Below are positions 11,551 to 26,899 of a stretch of 64,000 bases of DNA, in pieces (the stretch's first letter is position 1; each line of letters starts with the position of its first letter). Made by a program: the position numbers and the translations under genes. The notes beneath the pieces are model-generated. The model was not told where the DNA came from. It searched no databases and saw only the letters and a list, made by a program, of their open reading frames with translations. Source of the DNA: the human T2T-CHM13v2.0 reference genome, Homo sapiens; the NCBI RefSeq assembly GCF_009914755.1, contig NC_060930.1. One strand, given 5' to 3'.

Positions 11551-12391
11551 TTTGAAAATGGGGGAAAAGAAAACCTTTCTAAGTGGAAGAACAAAGAAAG
11601 AGAAACTTCTTGCTCAATAGGTTTAATTCAGATAAATAGTTATTGATTTCTTACTGTATGTGCCTACATTGAGGGGTACGAGTGGAGAAAATGAAGTCTC
11701 TCTTAGTCTTCTGCTTGTGACCAAATATCTATCCACAGAAAAAGATGATATAAAACAATTTTATCTAATATTGAATTATTACACAAAGACTTGATGCAAT
11801 GAATATATCAGAGAATTGAGGAATTGGATGGTGGTCTGAGAGCGAGTGGAACCTGAGCTGGGCCTAATGGCTGGAAAGGATTTGAACAGATGCTTATTCT
11901 AGGTCCGGAGGAGAGCATGAGCACTTCAGAGAGGGAAGTACTCATGGGAGACCATGCAGAGAGCAGCCTAACCAAAGTGGAGGCCATGCTGGCCATAGAA
12001 GGAGAGTGGGTCAGATTCTGGAAGGCCTAGCATACCTGGTGGGGGTGATGGGGCTGGATCTGGTATGTGACAGTAAAGATAATAAATACTGCTTACTGCA
12101 CAGCTTTCTGTTTTGGAGAACAATGGTTAGTCCTATTAAGGAAACCAAAGACTCAGAGAAATGTGGAGAGGATGACAGGGTGGAGTGAAGGGGCTATCTG
12201 TTAGGAAGGCACTGCCCAGGCTCTTGGATGACTATCTTGCTGTGATTCCAGTATCCAGGCATGAACCCTAGGCAGAAATACCTCAGCCCTGAGCCACTCA
12301 TTTAAAGGCAAATTTTATTGCTATGGATTTCTCCCTCCTGGTAAATGTTACAAGTCAATGACTCAATGGTTGTGGTTCCATTAAAGCCCTT

Positions 12392-12799
12392 CGTATTAGT
12401 CCATTTTGCATTGCTATAAAGGAATTACTGAGACTGGGTAATTTGTAAAGAATAAAGGTTTATTTGGCTCACGCTTCTGCAGGCTATTTACAAGCATGGT
12501 GCCAGCATTGCTGGGCTTCTGGTGAGGCCTCAGGAAGCTTGGCATAAGGGACGGGGAACAGGTGTATCTCATAGTGAGAGAGGAAATGAGAGAGAAGGAG
12601 GCACCAGGTGTTTTTTAACAATCAGTTTTCATGTGAACTAATAGAGTGAGAATTCACTTATTGCTATGGGGAGGGCACCAAGCTATTTGTAAGCGACCCA
12701 TCCCTATGGCCCAAACACCTCCCATTAGGGCCCACCTCCAACACTGGGGATCACATTTCAACCTGTGACTTGGAGGGGACAAACATCTAAACGATATCA
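12392..12799 (-). mobile_element. MaLR solo LTR (MSTB-like)
   Basis: gtattagtccattttgcattgctataaagg...ggaggggacaaacatctaaacgatatca. Confidence 0.85.
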
Positions 12800-13439
12800 T
12801 TCTTTAAAAAGAAATCCATTTTTACGTGCATACTGTGGCCAGGTGGTATTTTGTCATCTCTTCACCCATTTCATTCATTCCATTGGCATATCTGGCTGAA
12901 AGTTTGTATCGCAAACAGAAGGGGCAGCTTTTACATAGCTTTGTTTTTGCAATCCAGCTGTTTGAGGGATAGCAATCTGCCTGGGGAGTGGAGAACTGGT
13001 TTTCAGAGTTACAGGACCTTGGGGAAACAGTCACTGAGGGGCACCCCTGAAAGAGGCAACAGGAGAAAGGAGCTCTCATTCTGCCCAATTCCCACAACTT
13101 CCTCTGGGAGACGGCCTGTGAAGATTTAACAGCCCTCAGTGCAGGATGTGATGAGCTGGCAAAGAAAAGACTTTAGCTGATAAAACAAATGAAGAATGTT
13201 GAAGCTCATTAAACAAGAAACAATCAAGCATGTGCAGAAGAGTGCCACCCTTCTATATGATGTGGGTATTTTAAGACAGTGGATAGAACCTTTTTTCAGA
13301 CACATAAATGGGGTATGGAAGTCAGGAAGTAAAGACGATGAACATCTACACCTTTGGGCCTGGGGACTTTTGGGGAGAGTTGGCTGGATTGGGGCTTGGT
13401 TCTGTGATGCCTGTCATACATAAGCGGTGTAGGCCAATG

Positions 13440-13680
13440 GAAAGAAGCTAGGTTTTGGAGAGTCAGGTGTGTCTGTCATTTCAGTTCTGTCCTTTCCATT
13501 TTCCAACGGGTGACTTGGGCAAGGTATTTAGGCTCTTGGAGCCTAATATTTAGTCTAAATGCTCATCTATAAAATGATAATATAAAACACACCTTATGGT
13601 ATGGCTTAGAGTAAAGAAGCTATCTATGAAAGCACCTGCCCTCATGTCTAACACATGGTAGATACCTGAGAAATGTTAGT
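13440..13680 (+). mobile_element. MIR SINE
   Basis: gtgacttgggcaag...ctcatctataaaatg. Confidence 0.6.
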
Positions 13681-14242
13681 CCCCCTTCCCCATCTGTCTG
13701 TTTTTCTGGGGATGAGGGGATGGTGGTAGTACTAGAGAAGTGGAATCAAGGACTTATGTATTAAGACTTTTATTAGGCTTGAGAGCAAGAGTTAGAAGAA
13801 ACCTCCAAATGTCCTTCTAGTGATTAGGACTGGTTCAGGATAGGAAAAGGGAAAGAGTTTCAGAGCAAGGATCTGCTTCAGGAAAAAAAAATATATATAG
13901 ATAGATAGCTGGGTCTTGAAACTGGTTCAAGAGAATGAACCTTATATGGCATAATATTAATTTTCAGAGGAACCAGTTGTGGAGAAGACAAATTCTATTC
14001 TTGAATGACTTTAGTAACTTAATTGTTCAACGCAAAGAAAGTTCTGGGGGAGATTAGTGGTAAGAGCTCGCTCTCTGAATGCTAAAATTCTAGCTGGAGC
14101 GATGTCCCTACAGTTGTATTAAAATTAAGAAGATAAGCCTTTGGGATAGGTAACATGACCTATGCCTCAAGACATTCAACATCTCCATCTTGGTTTCTCT
14201 ATCTCTAAAATGGTATTTACAGTATGAACCCTTCCCATATGT

Positions 14243-14946
<704 letters not shown>

Positions 14947-15324
14947 TGCCTAGAGATATTTTTAGATGAATGAAATTCTTCATGAGAATATGTATTTATT
15001 TATTGGAACAAAAGTTGGATACAATGCATTATTATCATTACAAGTCTGCACAAACAAGCTTTTTATTCTTAGCTCCACTGTGGGGTCTTTTATTTCCATT
15101 TTCAAAATAATAGGCCAATAATAGGGTGGATTTTATTTCAGGCAATTCCAATCTAAATATTTGTTGAAGTTAGCTATTTGCAAAAAGCATCAGAGCAGCT
15201 AGTATAGTGTAGTAGTTATAAAGACAAACATGATGCAGTGTTGTACTGCAAGGAGTTTGTTGTGAAAATGGCCATCTGTTTATATTCTCAAAGCAACTAT
15301 CTTGAAGAAACCAATTACAGTGGA

Positions 15325-16052
15325 TGTGGTGAGGCACTACCATGACCTTCCTTTCAGGATCAAGTCACTCATTCCCCCAGCTGCCAGGAGTGTTGCTGGC
15401 TAATGGCTTACAGCTGTTCTCAAGCTGCACCCAAGACTGGGTAATTTATAAAGGAAAGACGATTAATTGACTCACAGTTCAGCATGGCTGGAGAGGCCTC
15501 ACAATCATGGCTGAAGGCAAAGGCACGTCTTACATGGTGGCAGGCAAGAGAGCTTGTGTAGGAGAATATCCCTTTATAAAACCAGCAGATCTCATGAGAC
15601 TTATTCACTATCATGAGAACAGCACCAGAAAGACCCACCCCATGATTAAATTACCTCTCACTGGGTCCCTCCCACAACACGTGGGAATTATGAGAGCTAC
15701 AATTCAAGATGAGATTTGGGTGGGGACAAACCACATCACACCCTAAGCATTGTCCTCCAAGAACTGAAGTAAACTGCCTCTCTCTATATCATGCCAAGGT
15801 CAGCTTGCATGCAATGATTGAATGACATTAACCATAAAGGCCTTGCTCAATTTGGAACATTTCTGAAGGACCACTCAGCTCCAGAGCTTCCTGTGGGATC
15901 AGCAGAGGCCACTGTTCATTGCTTCATAGTTCATCTCTTCCTTCTTCCCAATCTGGCTGCTTTCATTCCCCCTCAGAAATACTCCCCAATAAACTTTATG
16001 CAAACAAACCTCCATCTCAGATTCTGCTCTTCAGGGAATGTGAACAAGGATG
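15325..16052 (+). mobile_element. ERVL LTR (LTR16-like) interrupted by THE1
   Basis: cccccagctgccaggagtgttgctggc...ctccccaataaact...ctccatctcagattctgct. Confidence 0.6.
15428..15738 (-). mobile_element. THE1 LTR (THE1C/D-like)
   Basis: gactgggtaatttataaag...aattcaagatgagatttgggtggggaca. Confidence 0.85.
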
Positions 16053-18524
16053 CCATTCATAGAAAACTATTTTTTTTGGTATACTAATGATATTCTTTGC
16101 TCAGAGTAAGTGGAAGTAATTGATAGTCTGATGTTTTGCACGATAGACTGTATGTTTATGAAAATTTTCTGACAGAGAACATGTGCTCAATGGAAGTAGG
16201 GCTCACTTAAAAAAAATAAGCCACATAGCAGCCAAATAAATCTGGGATCCAAATATTTTGAGTTACTAAGCCATTATTAGAGAGCTACCCATCAGTGACC
16301 TTGCAGGCTACTGGAACTATGTAAAGAGAAAACACAGGGCTGATGTGGCTACCCAGGATAAATGCACCTTGAGATATGATTGTTCCTCCCAGGAATGGGC
16401 CACCCATTTCCAAAGGAGCTCTGATTTTAGTGTACAAGCAGTCTATATTCTAGTGTTCTTGGTTTTCAGAGTGATTTATTGTAAAGAAATCAGGAAATAA
16501 ATCAGGCTCTGGAATATGTTCTGAGCTCTGAGAACACCTGAGTACCACCAGTCATGTAAGTCATAACTCTTCTGTCCATCTCTTTCTTCACCTCTCACCA
16601 TGGACAGAGTGGAAAAATGGGCTGCAATCAATCCTGAATCTCCAAGTCCCTGATCTGCTGTTGTCACAAAGAAAAACTGCAGAGAGGATGTTTCAATCAT
16701 GTCTCTTTTTCACAAGGACTTCTTAGTGCAATAATATTCCTATGAGGAAGTCAGTCTTGGTGAATGGGGCTGGACCAGGCACCTGGGATCCACAAGAACA
16801 CCTTTGTCTTTCTGGGGTAAGGTCACGTGTCTTTCTTGGTTATTTCCTGTCTAATCTTTGCTCTCTGTTTTTTAAAGAAAAGTGTTTCAAATATAAGTGA
16901 ATCTTTCACCATAGACACTGAAGCAGTGGCTTAAGCTGCAGACTCAAGGCTTCCTGCTTAAGGTTTCCTACTACAGTCTACTTGAGTCACCTCTGAATCA
17001 TGCTGTCTGCCTAGAATCTTCACCTTAGCCCTTACCTCCTAGCTTCTGCACTGTTATAATGAGGCCTTTTACTTACCAGCTCAGCTTTGCCCATTTTTGA
17101 GCCAATGCCAATAATTTGGAAAGCATGCTCAGAGTTTCATGCACAGCAGTGATTAGGACTTGGGATTTGCTACCATCAACCTGGTTTAGGTGAGATGAAG
17201 ATGAGCCAGGGGTTCTGGGTGTCTTCAGCCTGTTGTTGTTTCCTTTATCTCCTGTATTGGCAGGGTCTGGTTTACTAAACAGCTATCATGCTGTGGTTAG
17301 TGTCCTGATCTGAGTTGTACCTTGTAAGACCAGAGCTCTCACACCTCCTCTGGGCAGCTTCATTCTTGGATGCTGTCCCATGCTCTGGCTGGACCTTGCT
17401 CCATTGGTCAGCCCCCTGAGATCACTTGTCACCACCTACTCCTGGTCTGGCTACTGTACCCTGTGAAGTATCCTAGACCCCTTAGGCAGTGCTCATGGCC
17501 AGTCAAGCCCTGGCTACTCAGCCCGTCTGGGCTCTGGGAGTTGGGTAGCTGCTCACTCCACATAGGAATAGTCCTCTAGGCAAGTGAGCTCAGTCCAGCT
17601 TCCTGTCCATTCCCATAAGCTTCCTCTGTTGAGGTCTCAGAAGATTTCAAGGAAGAGCTGCTTCTTTCTTCCATCCCCTGCTGCTGCTGTCCAGCCCTGT
17701 CACCAAAGGGAGCTAAGTGGAGAAGACCTGCACATAAAAAGTCCCCCCAATAGGGTTAAAGAAAACAATTATTTCATTTTTTTTTATGTTTTAATCAATG
17801 TGTATATAAGGGTCTCCAATATGTAATGATTCTGCTTAGACCCCAATCTCTGAAGAAATGTTTTTCCCTAGTGAAGTTCACTTCACTTAAACTTCAGGAT
17901 CAACCTCGCCTTAGGCTTTAGGACTGATTTTGACCTTCAGAAGGAAGTATAAGAAGTCTTTTTCATTATGAGCTGAGTGATTCAATATCTAATGAAACTC
18001 CTTGCTTATTTTTTGATCATGTGCCCCAGTTGTAACAGGGCTTCCACCATTCTCCTGGAGCCAACTTTCCATATTGTACCAGCCCTAATAGCGACTCTGT
18101 GCCATGTATTGATCCTCCTTTCTGATTTTAAGTCCATATAAATCTGGGCCTTCACTTTGCTCCAGTCTTTCCTTTTCCCCAGGGACTGATTCCCAGATCC
18201 CTCCCTGACTTGAGTAGGAGTCTGCTCCCAGATACCTTAATCACATACTTGCCCACTTACTAGGAAACCCTTCTTATCTCCTACAGGAGCTCCTTCTTGC
18301 ACAATATTTGCTTGAAATGCCATCTATTTCTTATTGTATATTTCAAAATACATTTATTGATGCAAAATTTATTGAGCATCTTCGCTGGACTTTTAATTGT
18401 GAACAAAACCCAGTCCCTGTCTTCAAAGAGCTTATAGTTTACAGAAGGAGAGAGACAAATAGGAAATATGAGGAGTAGATAACTGAAAAACATTATTTAA
18501 CTTGCCAATTTTATCTGCACAGGA

Positions 18525-18700
18525 GTCCTGTGAGGGAGACATTATTATCTCCACTTTAATAGAAGTGGAAAGTGAGACTCAGATAGGTGAAGTCGGTTGG
18601 TCTGGGTCACATAGAAAGAGGCAGAGTTAGGTTTAAAACTTTGCTGTCCTGAGCCTAAAGAGGCAGAGTTAGGTTTAAAACTTTGCTGTCCTAAGCCTAA
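18525..18700 (-). mobile_element. MIR containing a 42-bp tandem duplication (18615-18698)
   Basis: attattatctccacttt...gagactcaga; aaagaggcagagttaggtttaaaactttgctgtcct(g/a)agcct x2. Confidence 0.7.
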
Positions 18701-18724
18701 CCTTATGCAATGATGAGTCTAAAT

Positions 18725-19200
18725 ACAGTTTGTCAATATACACAAAAACAATCTGCTGAATTTTGATTGGAATTAAATTGAATTTGTAGGAAGTTAATAT
18801 CTTTGCAGATTTTTGTCTTTAATTCATCAACATAGTTTACCCTTCCATCTTAGTCTTTTGGTCAATGGGTTTTCTTTAATTTCTCCACATGTTTTGTAGT
18901 TTTCTCTGTGTCTTGTATATTTTTCACTTTTAGGTATTTGGTGTTTTTTGATATTTTTGTTATTTTAAAAGTATTCGTTTTTAATTGTTTTTCTGTTATG
19001 TAGAAAAAAATTTCCTTCTTTGTGTATTGCTCCTACATCTGGCAGCCTTGCTAAATTTACTTATATTTTCTAATCTCTTATCTGTAGATTTTTCTACGTA
19101 TACAATCTAGTGTTAAATGAATAAAGACAGCCCTCTATTTTTGAATACTCACATCTTTATTTTTCTTGTCCTACTATTCTTACGTCATTTAATTATCTGA
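18725..19200 (-). mobile_element. Old L1M(E) ORF2 fragment
   Basis: ttttgattggaattaaattgaatttgtag...ccttgctaaatt T-rich L1 antisense. Confidence 0.55.
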
Positions 19201-19514
19201 ATAAATAATGAATAATTAGGATGTCATAGGACATACTTTTCTCTGACTAATTTCTCAAGTTTCTGTTTTCTTTACTAGATTAAAACTGAGACTTGTTCAA
19301 CAATGACCCTTAACTACTCTACAATCTGCTGTCAGCCAGAGTTAGGAGTGGGTGACAACAGAGTTGCTAAGAGTTATATCTGTGTAGTTTTTGGAGAGCT
19401 TCCCTCTATGATTAATTTATGAGTAAGGGTTTCATTCTTTTCTCTGTAGCTCACAGAAGTCATGTCTTGTTAGTATTGCCTTGTGTTTATTTCTTTATGC
19501 ACAAACAACACCTT

Positions 19515-19520
<6 letters not shown>

Positions 19521-19568
<48 letters not shown>
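19521..19568 (+). repeat. (GA)24 microsatellite
   Basis: Perfect GA run. Confidence 0.95.
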
Positions 19569-19575
<7 letters not shown>

Positions 19576-21560
19576 AGTTTGTTAAAAAGCTTTTCCAAGC
19601 CTTATTTTCCTATTTTGTAGTCAGCACCGCCATAATGCCTTGAGAACCTCTCTAGTGTCCCTACACTACTGTGAGGCTTATGGTGTCACTGTAGGAACTA
19701 GAAATTAAGTCATGATTAACTTTGGATAAATGAAACCCTTGCTTTATTCCTATGCTGAAGAGGCCAGCAGTTATTCCTATGCGGGAGAGGCTCAAAGTAG
19801 CACCCAGCTCCCAATTCAGAGAGCCATACTATTACTAATCTTAGTAAATACTTTACTTGAGCTTGTCTTTGGCTGGGTACCAAATGCTGATACCCTACAC
19901 CAAATGATAATCCTGATATTCACCCTTTAAGTTTTTATTGTATTTTATTAGTGGAGCAATTGTGGAGAGGCCTAAGATTAAGATTCTTACACAATATACA
20001 TTGTATAATTCAGATTTTTAGATTTATGGTATTAGACATATACTCACCCAAATAACTTCTTGACTTTGTGACTGGTATTTATTGCCCATTAAATATGGAA
20101 AAATGCACATAAACATCAACACTTATTTCTATGAGGAAGAGGGTAAAGGTTATAGATAGAAAATTGGGGCTAGTGACTGAGAATCAAAATTTAGGTTTTC
20201 TAACATGCACAAAGCTTTCTCAAGTATATCATTTTTCACCTAGTACATTAATATGATTGCATAGTTTTGAGCAAAAAATTGAGGTGTATGGCTTAATAGT
20301 TCTATTTATCTGTCTATTTAGTAGACATTATCTGTATTTAGTAGACATATAGTCTCAAGCCATGTACTCATGTGTATAAGAAATAGAATTTTTAAAAATC
20401 TCAACTTAATTTTAAACCTTGCTTTACCTTTAGCAAAATTATATATGTATGTATAAATTGAGCCCATTCAAAATAAACTCATTTTCTCTAGGCGAATTTC
20501 AATCAGTTCAGGATTTGTCCTCCTTACTCCCTCCCTCTCTTTTCTTCCTGAGATTCCATTTAAGTTCTAGGGGCTTCCATAGTTTTGTGTGTCAGCATAA
20601 AGGAGGTCTCAAATCTTGGGCTGCTGTTTCTATGAGGGCATCTGCCCTGGCTCTGTACCATCTGGTCTTTGGGGATAGTCATCACTCTTTCCCAGCATCT
20701 GCTAAGATTTCTATGACTATATCTAGACAAATGGCTTGTTTTACTTCTTTCTCCTCTTCTCTTTCTCCTAACTTCCATGTCCTTTTCTCAGGTGTGCGGA
20801 GAGGATACAGGTGGTATCTCACGTCTCTCTGAAGTCAGGGGAAACACAGTCAGGTTGCTTATCCCTCTCTGCCCCTAACAGCTCCCACAGCCTTTTTCCC
20901 TCTACACCCCCTGCCACTATAGTGTGTTGAATGTTTGTGAGTCTGTCTGCTATATTCCAAAATCCCAGGTAGGGGTGTGGACAAGTTTCCTCCTTTCTTG
21001 GTTCCCCAAACTTATCATCTGCTTTCTCCCTACACTCTCTGCCAACCTGGGATCTAACCCCAGAGCTCAGGACCTGTCTTAGACACCTTCGCCAGTAGCA
21101 AATGATTTTCCTGCTTCTCCATGTCTTCTCTCCCCACAGCCAGGAGAATCCTAACCTATTTTGTGAATGCCAAAACCCATTTTGAATCTGGAAAAAAAAA
21201 TCTTCAAGTATTATTTTAAAACTTTTTGTTTTAAGTTTGAAAAACTTATATTTTCAAAATTAAAAAGCTAGGAATTGGATGTTTGAGCCTGGTAATGATG
21301 GTAGCTGGAATTAATGTCCACTTCATATCTATAAGCTCAAGTGGGGTGCAGGAGAAGGTCATGAAGTTAAATAGGATTTGTATGTGTGAAACACATTAAT
21401 ACCTCACATTTGTCTGAATATCAAATCATCTATCCATCCATCCATTCATCCATCCTTTGAATACTCCAGAAAAAAATGTTGATGCTGTTTGACTTTAGCA
21501 TGTCAGGGCAGAGTATTAAAAAATCAAGACACGTTAAAAGTTCCAGAACTTATGGTAGCA

Positions 21561-22037
21561 GTAGTAGACAAAGTAATGGCCCCTGAAGATAGACATGCCC
21601 TGAAACCTGAGATTATGTTAGGTTACATGGCAAAGGGGAATGAAGGTTGCAGATGAAATTGAATTTGCTAATTAGCTGACTTTAACGTGGGTAAGATTAT
21701 CCTGGGTTATCCAGGTAGCCCCAATATAATTACAAGTGTTCTTATAAGTGCAAGAGGGAGGCAAGAGAGATATAAAGCTGCTTTGCTGCTGGCTTTGAGT
21801 TTGGAGGAAGGGGCTGTGAGCCCAGGAATGCATGTATCCATTAGAAACTGGAAAAGGAAAGGAAAAGCATTCTTCCCTGGAGCATCCAGAAGGAATGCAG
21901 CCCAGCTGACACCTTGGTTTTAGTCCAGTGAGGCCCACTTTTGATTTCTAACCTGCAAAACTGTAAGATAACACATTGTGATATTTTAAGCCAATAAGTT
22001 TTGGTGATTTGTCACAGCAATGATAAAAACTAATACA
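21561..22037 (+). mobile_element. MaLR LTR (MLT1D-like)
   Basis: gttacatggcaaagggga...agattatcctgggttatccagg...aggaatgcagcccagctgacaccttg...aaactaataca. Confidence 0.8.
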
Positions 22038-22131
22038 GTAGCTGTGACTATATAGTCATAAATAACTTATTAGGCAAATTAACTTAAAACTTGGCTAACA
22101 GGGCTGACACAACTGATTTTAATAAACACTT

Positions 22132-22150
22132 AGGCACCACCTGGTGGTTG
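22132..22150 (-). promoter_or_regulatory. Candidate CTCF site CAACCACCAGGTGGTGCCT
   Basis: Close match to the CTCF core CCACCAGRKGGCGC. Confidence 0.55.
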
Positions 22151-22614
22151 AAATCTTAGAGTGAGTGATAGCTGAAATGACATCTGTCCAAAGCAGAAGT
22201 AAAATGCTCCAAGCATGACACTAAGCTTATTGTTTTTGGTTAAATGATTAAAAATAAAAGGTGGAAGTTTTTATTTGGGTCACCAGATAATACAACGAAG
22301 AAAGAAGCTCAACTTGTAAACATTCAGGAATCAAGTATTTTATGGCAAGGACACATGACAGAAAACACGAAGCCAACAAGACCTGCTTAGGAATCATCAT
22401 TTGCCAGTGATAGGCTTTCACTTCACCCAAACCTTACCTCACAAGGTCTACGAAATCTCCATTCTCTCCATATTAGTTAAGGACAATTACATTTTCTCAG
22501 CTGCTATATAAAGTATGATGCAAATGTAGCATTATTTTAACCAGAAAGCACCCCTAATCCTCTCCTATACAGAATCTGGACCTGCTTGTGCACCCATGGC
22601 CATTCAAAAGTGCA

Positions 22615-24015
22615 AGATACCTCGCACCCATTACAATGGCTGCTGTGGAAGGAAAATAAAATCTCGAGACCCCCGAACTCTCCATGCCAAAGAGAAGAAT
22701 TAAGTTTGGGAACTGAATGGTGCAAAACTGCCTCTTGTTTTGTTTCCAAATAGATAGCTGCAAAGATGCAATGCCACTTACCTCCCCAGGGGACCTCCCT
22801 CACAATTTGCTTACAATGAAATTCCTTGTGGGCTCCAAGATTTTTACTCTAAGACAGAAATTCTGTTGAATTTCACCCTGACAATGTAAATCAACAGCTT
22901 ATATTCATAGGTAAGGGACAAGGATAAGATTGGAAGTCATCCTTCTGCTTGCCTGAGACAAATGCATACTTGACTGCTTCTTCTAGTCTATGTTTACTTT
23001 ATCTTATGTAGAAATGCAGATTCACTGAGGAGAAGGCCACACAAATGTGTAGTTGACTGTTTCTCCAGCCCCTCTTTTCACATGTAAAATGTGAATTCAG
23101 TGAACAGTGATCAAAGCCTCAAAAGAATGCAACCGATTACCACTTTTATCTACTGTCCTCCTTTTTCTTTCCTCTTTCCTCTACTGCCTGCTCTTTCCCC
23201 TTTAAATACTGAAGTCTCCAAACTTTCTTTGGCAAATGTATGGGCTGCAGATCCAACTGTGGCTAGTGTCTCTTTTTCCCTTGTGCATCCTTAACCTTGG
23301 CAAAATAAACCTCGAAATTGATCTAGACTTGCCTCAGTCATTTTTCCTTGATTTTACACCACTATAAAACAAAACATAAAATAACAAGTGTTGGCGAGAA
23401 TACAGAGAAGTTGGAACCCTTGTGCATTGTTGGTGGGATTGTAAAATGGTATAATTGCTGTGGAAAACAGTATGGGAATTCTTCAGTAAATTAAAAATAG
23501 GACATAGAACTACTATACAATCCAGCCATCCAACTTCTGGGTATATATCTGAAAAAATTGAAAGTGGGGTCTCATACCAATTCTGTTTACAACTGGTAAG
23601 AGGTAGAAAGCAACACACACGTATGGAATATTTTATATATACATATGTATGCATATGTAAATATGGAATATTATTCAATCCTAAAAGCAAGGAAAACCTG
23701 TCACATGCTGCAACATAGATGAAACTTGTGAAAATTATCCCAAGTAAATTGAGCCAATCACAAAACACAAATACTACATAATATCACTTATATGAGGTCT
23801 AGAAAGTAGTTAGATTCATAGAATGGTGGTTTCCAGAGAAGGGGGGAAAAGAGAATTGTTGAATGGATATATAGTTCCAGCACTAAAAGATGAAAAAGTT
23901 GTGGAGATCTCTTTCAAAATAATGTAAATATGCTTAACACTACTGAACTATACACTTAAACATGGGTAAGACAATAAATTTTACAATGTGTGTTTATTAC
24001 CATAATAAAATAAAA
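22615..24015 (+). mobile_element. L1MB-type 3' end, interrupted by an ERV1 LTR
   Basis: aataacaagtgttggcgag...actactgaactatacacttaaa...A-rich tail. Confidence 0.75.
22644..23358 (+). mobile_element. ERV1 solo LTR, MER4 group (MER4E-like)
   Basis: TG..CA termini, tgtggaaggaaaataaaatctcgagacccc...ggcaaaataaacctc; 4-bp TSD ctgc/ccac. Confidence 0.75.
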
Positions 24016-25164
24016 TGCAGGGTAGTGGAGCATGCACAGGACAGAATGAAGGATGGTGAATCCCCTCTTCTAATGACCACAGAGGCCTCTGGCTGAGGCG
24101 CCACGAACGTCCCTGCCCACTGAACAGGCAGGTTGAAGGCTGTGGCATTTGAACAGGGTCAACATCTGTGAGCCTTCTTCAGATGGTCTCCAGAGCTGCC
24201 TCTCTTTTGCAATTTTTATATGACACAACTACTAAAGCATAGCTTTACCCTTCCGTCTTCTAACCTGATTTTCTGCTATTCATTGAAAACGTTCAATTTT
24301 CCCATCAGCCATGAGTCACTTCCTCCTGGTATAAAGATGTGTTCACATTATCCCAGATCTTCCCATCGTATTTTTTTCAGAAAGTGTATAACTTTATGAA
24401 GCCTCTGAATATAAAACCTGAACTTCATCACATAACCTATTTTTAAGGAAACTTGATAATACTTGAGCCAACTTAATTCTTTTAGGCCTTTTACCAGCCT
24501 GCAATATTCCTTATGTTGACACTCTAGAAGGATATTAAGCAGAGGTAGAGTGTGTGCATGACATAAGACACTACAGGTTTGAATTCTGGTTCCACCATTT
24601 CCCTGCTGTGTGCCCTTGGATTCCCCAAATTAGTTTAAGAACTGCCTGGTTGGTCCTTTGGATTCAGCTCTTACCCTCTTACAGTTTAATTCTCGATACA
24701 ACTGCCTAAGTGATGTCATCAAATTGATCCACATTTTGCCTTATGTTTGTGTTTTTGAAGTTGTGTTTAAAGAAATTCTTCTGTACCCGCAGCCTGTAAA
24801 GATGTTTCCCCAGATTGAGGTATTTATTCCATCTACGAACGTGGCTTTCAATGGGAGGGATGTTTAGCAGGGTCTGGAGACATTTTGATTGCAAAAACTT
24901 GTGTCATGGGTGGGGCTACTTTGTGGGGCAAAGAAAGAACAAGAATGTGCATTGTTAAGTAAAAAAAAAAAAAACAAGGAGCAGAGTTGTTGTATATAGC
25001 ATAGAATATTTGCATAAGAAAGAAAAAAGCTAGAGTAAACACACATGTACTTGTTTATTAAAAATATATCCACAGGGAGAATAAAGCAGAAAGTGGTAAA
25101 TGTGGTTACCATTAGGAGCAGGGCAAAGTGGGGGTGAGGCATAGGTTGTACTGAACACACATGC

Positions 25165-25970
<806 letters not shown>

Positions 25971-26106
25971 TGGGGCAAGGTTTGGTCACTTTTCTTCTTT
26001 CCATGGCATGGAAATGATATTAAAATATTTTTACTTTTTAACCATGTAAAATGAACACATCAAGAAGAAACTAAACATGAAAATTATATATTTCAATAAC
26101 ATTTTA

Positions 26107-26423
26107 GGCTGGGTGTGGTGGCTCACACCTGTAATCCCAGCACTTTGGGAGGCCAAGGTGGGTGGATCACAAGGTCAGGGGGATCCAGACCATCCTGGCT
26201 AACACAGTGAAACCCCGTCTCTACTAAAAATACAAAAAAAAAAAAAAAAATTAGCCGGGTGTGGTGGCAGTCGCCTGTAGTTCCAGCTACTAGGGAGGCT
26301 GAGGCAGGAGAATGGTGTGAACCTGGGAGGCAGAGCTTGCAGAGATAGCGCCACTGCACTCCAGCCTGGGCGATAGAGCAAGACTCCATCTCAAAAAAAA
26401 AAAAAAAAAAACAAACAAAAAAA
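26107..26423 (+). mobile_element. AluY-like
   Basis: accatcctggctaacac, gagaatggtgtgaacc, gcagagcttgcag; TSD aacatttta. Confidence 0.9.
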
Positions 26424-26899
26424 ACATTTTATATGATTCTGTGCACTTAGTCCTCAATACAACACATGAGGCAGTACTGTTATGTACAGGAAACTAAAGG
26501 CCTTTATAATTTGTCCAAATAGTAAAGCCAGTTGGTAGCAGAATTATGATTCAAACTCAGTTTGTTATAACTCTGGAATATTTCCCAAGGTCACTTTAAA
26601 CTCACTAGCATTGAAACACCTAACTGGTGTTCTTTCCATTACTTCACGGCTGCCCACAGTCAGCTGTCATGGCCACCCAAGTCAAGTCTTTCCTTCACTG
26701 TGATCTGTTGTGTATATTAATAATAGTAAAATCTGACAAACTGTTATGAAATGTCCTTTTCAAATTCTTTTAGAAGCTCCTTGCAGCTAGGAAAAATTAA
26801 TGAGTTGCAATGTAAAACTTCCCTTAGCTATGATCTAGTACCCAAGGGTCAGGGCTGGCTTTGCAGAGGATCAGCTCTGGTAACAGGTAGAAAGTCAGA

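Noticed and set aside
19744-19791. 27-bp-period duplication; similar short ones at ~20307, ~25292 and 60096-60136
   Set aside because: Ordinary slippage-scale duplications with no sign of function
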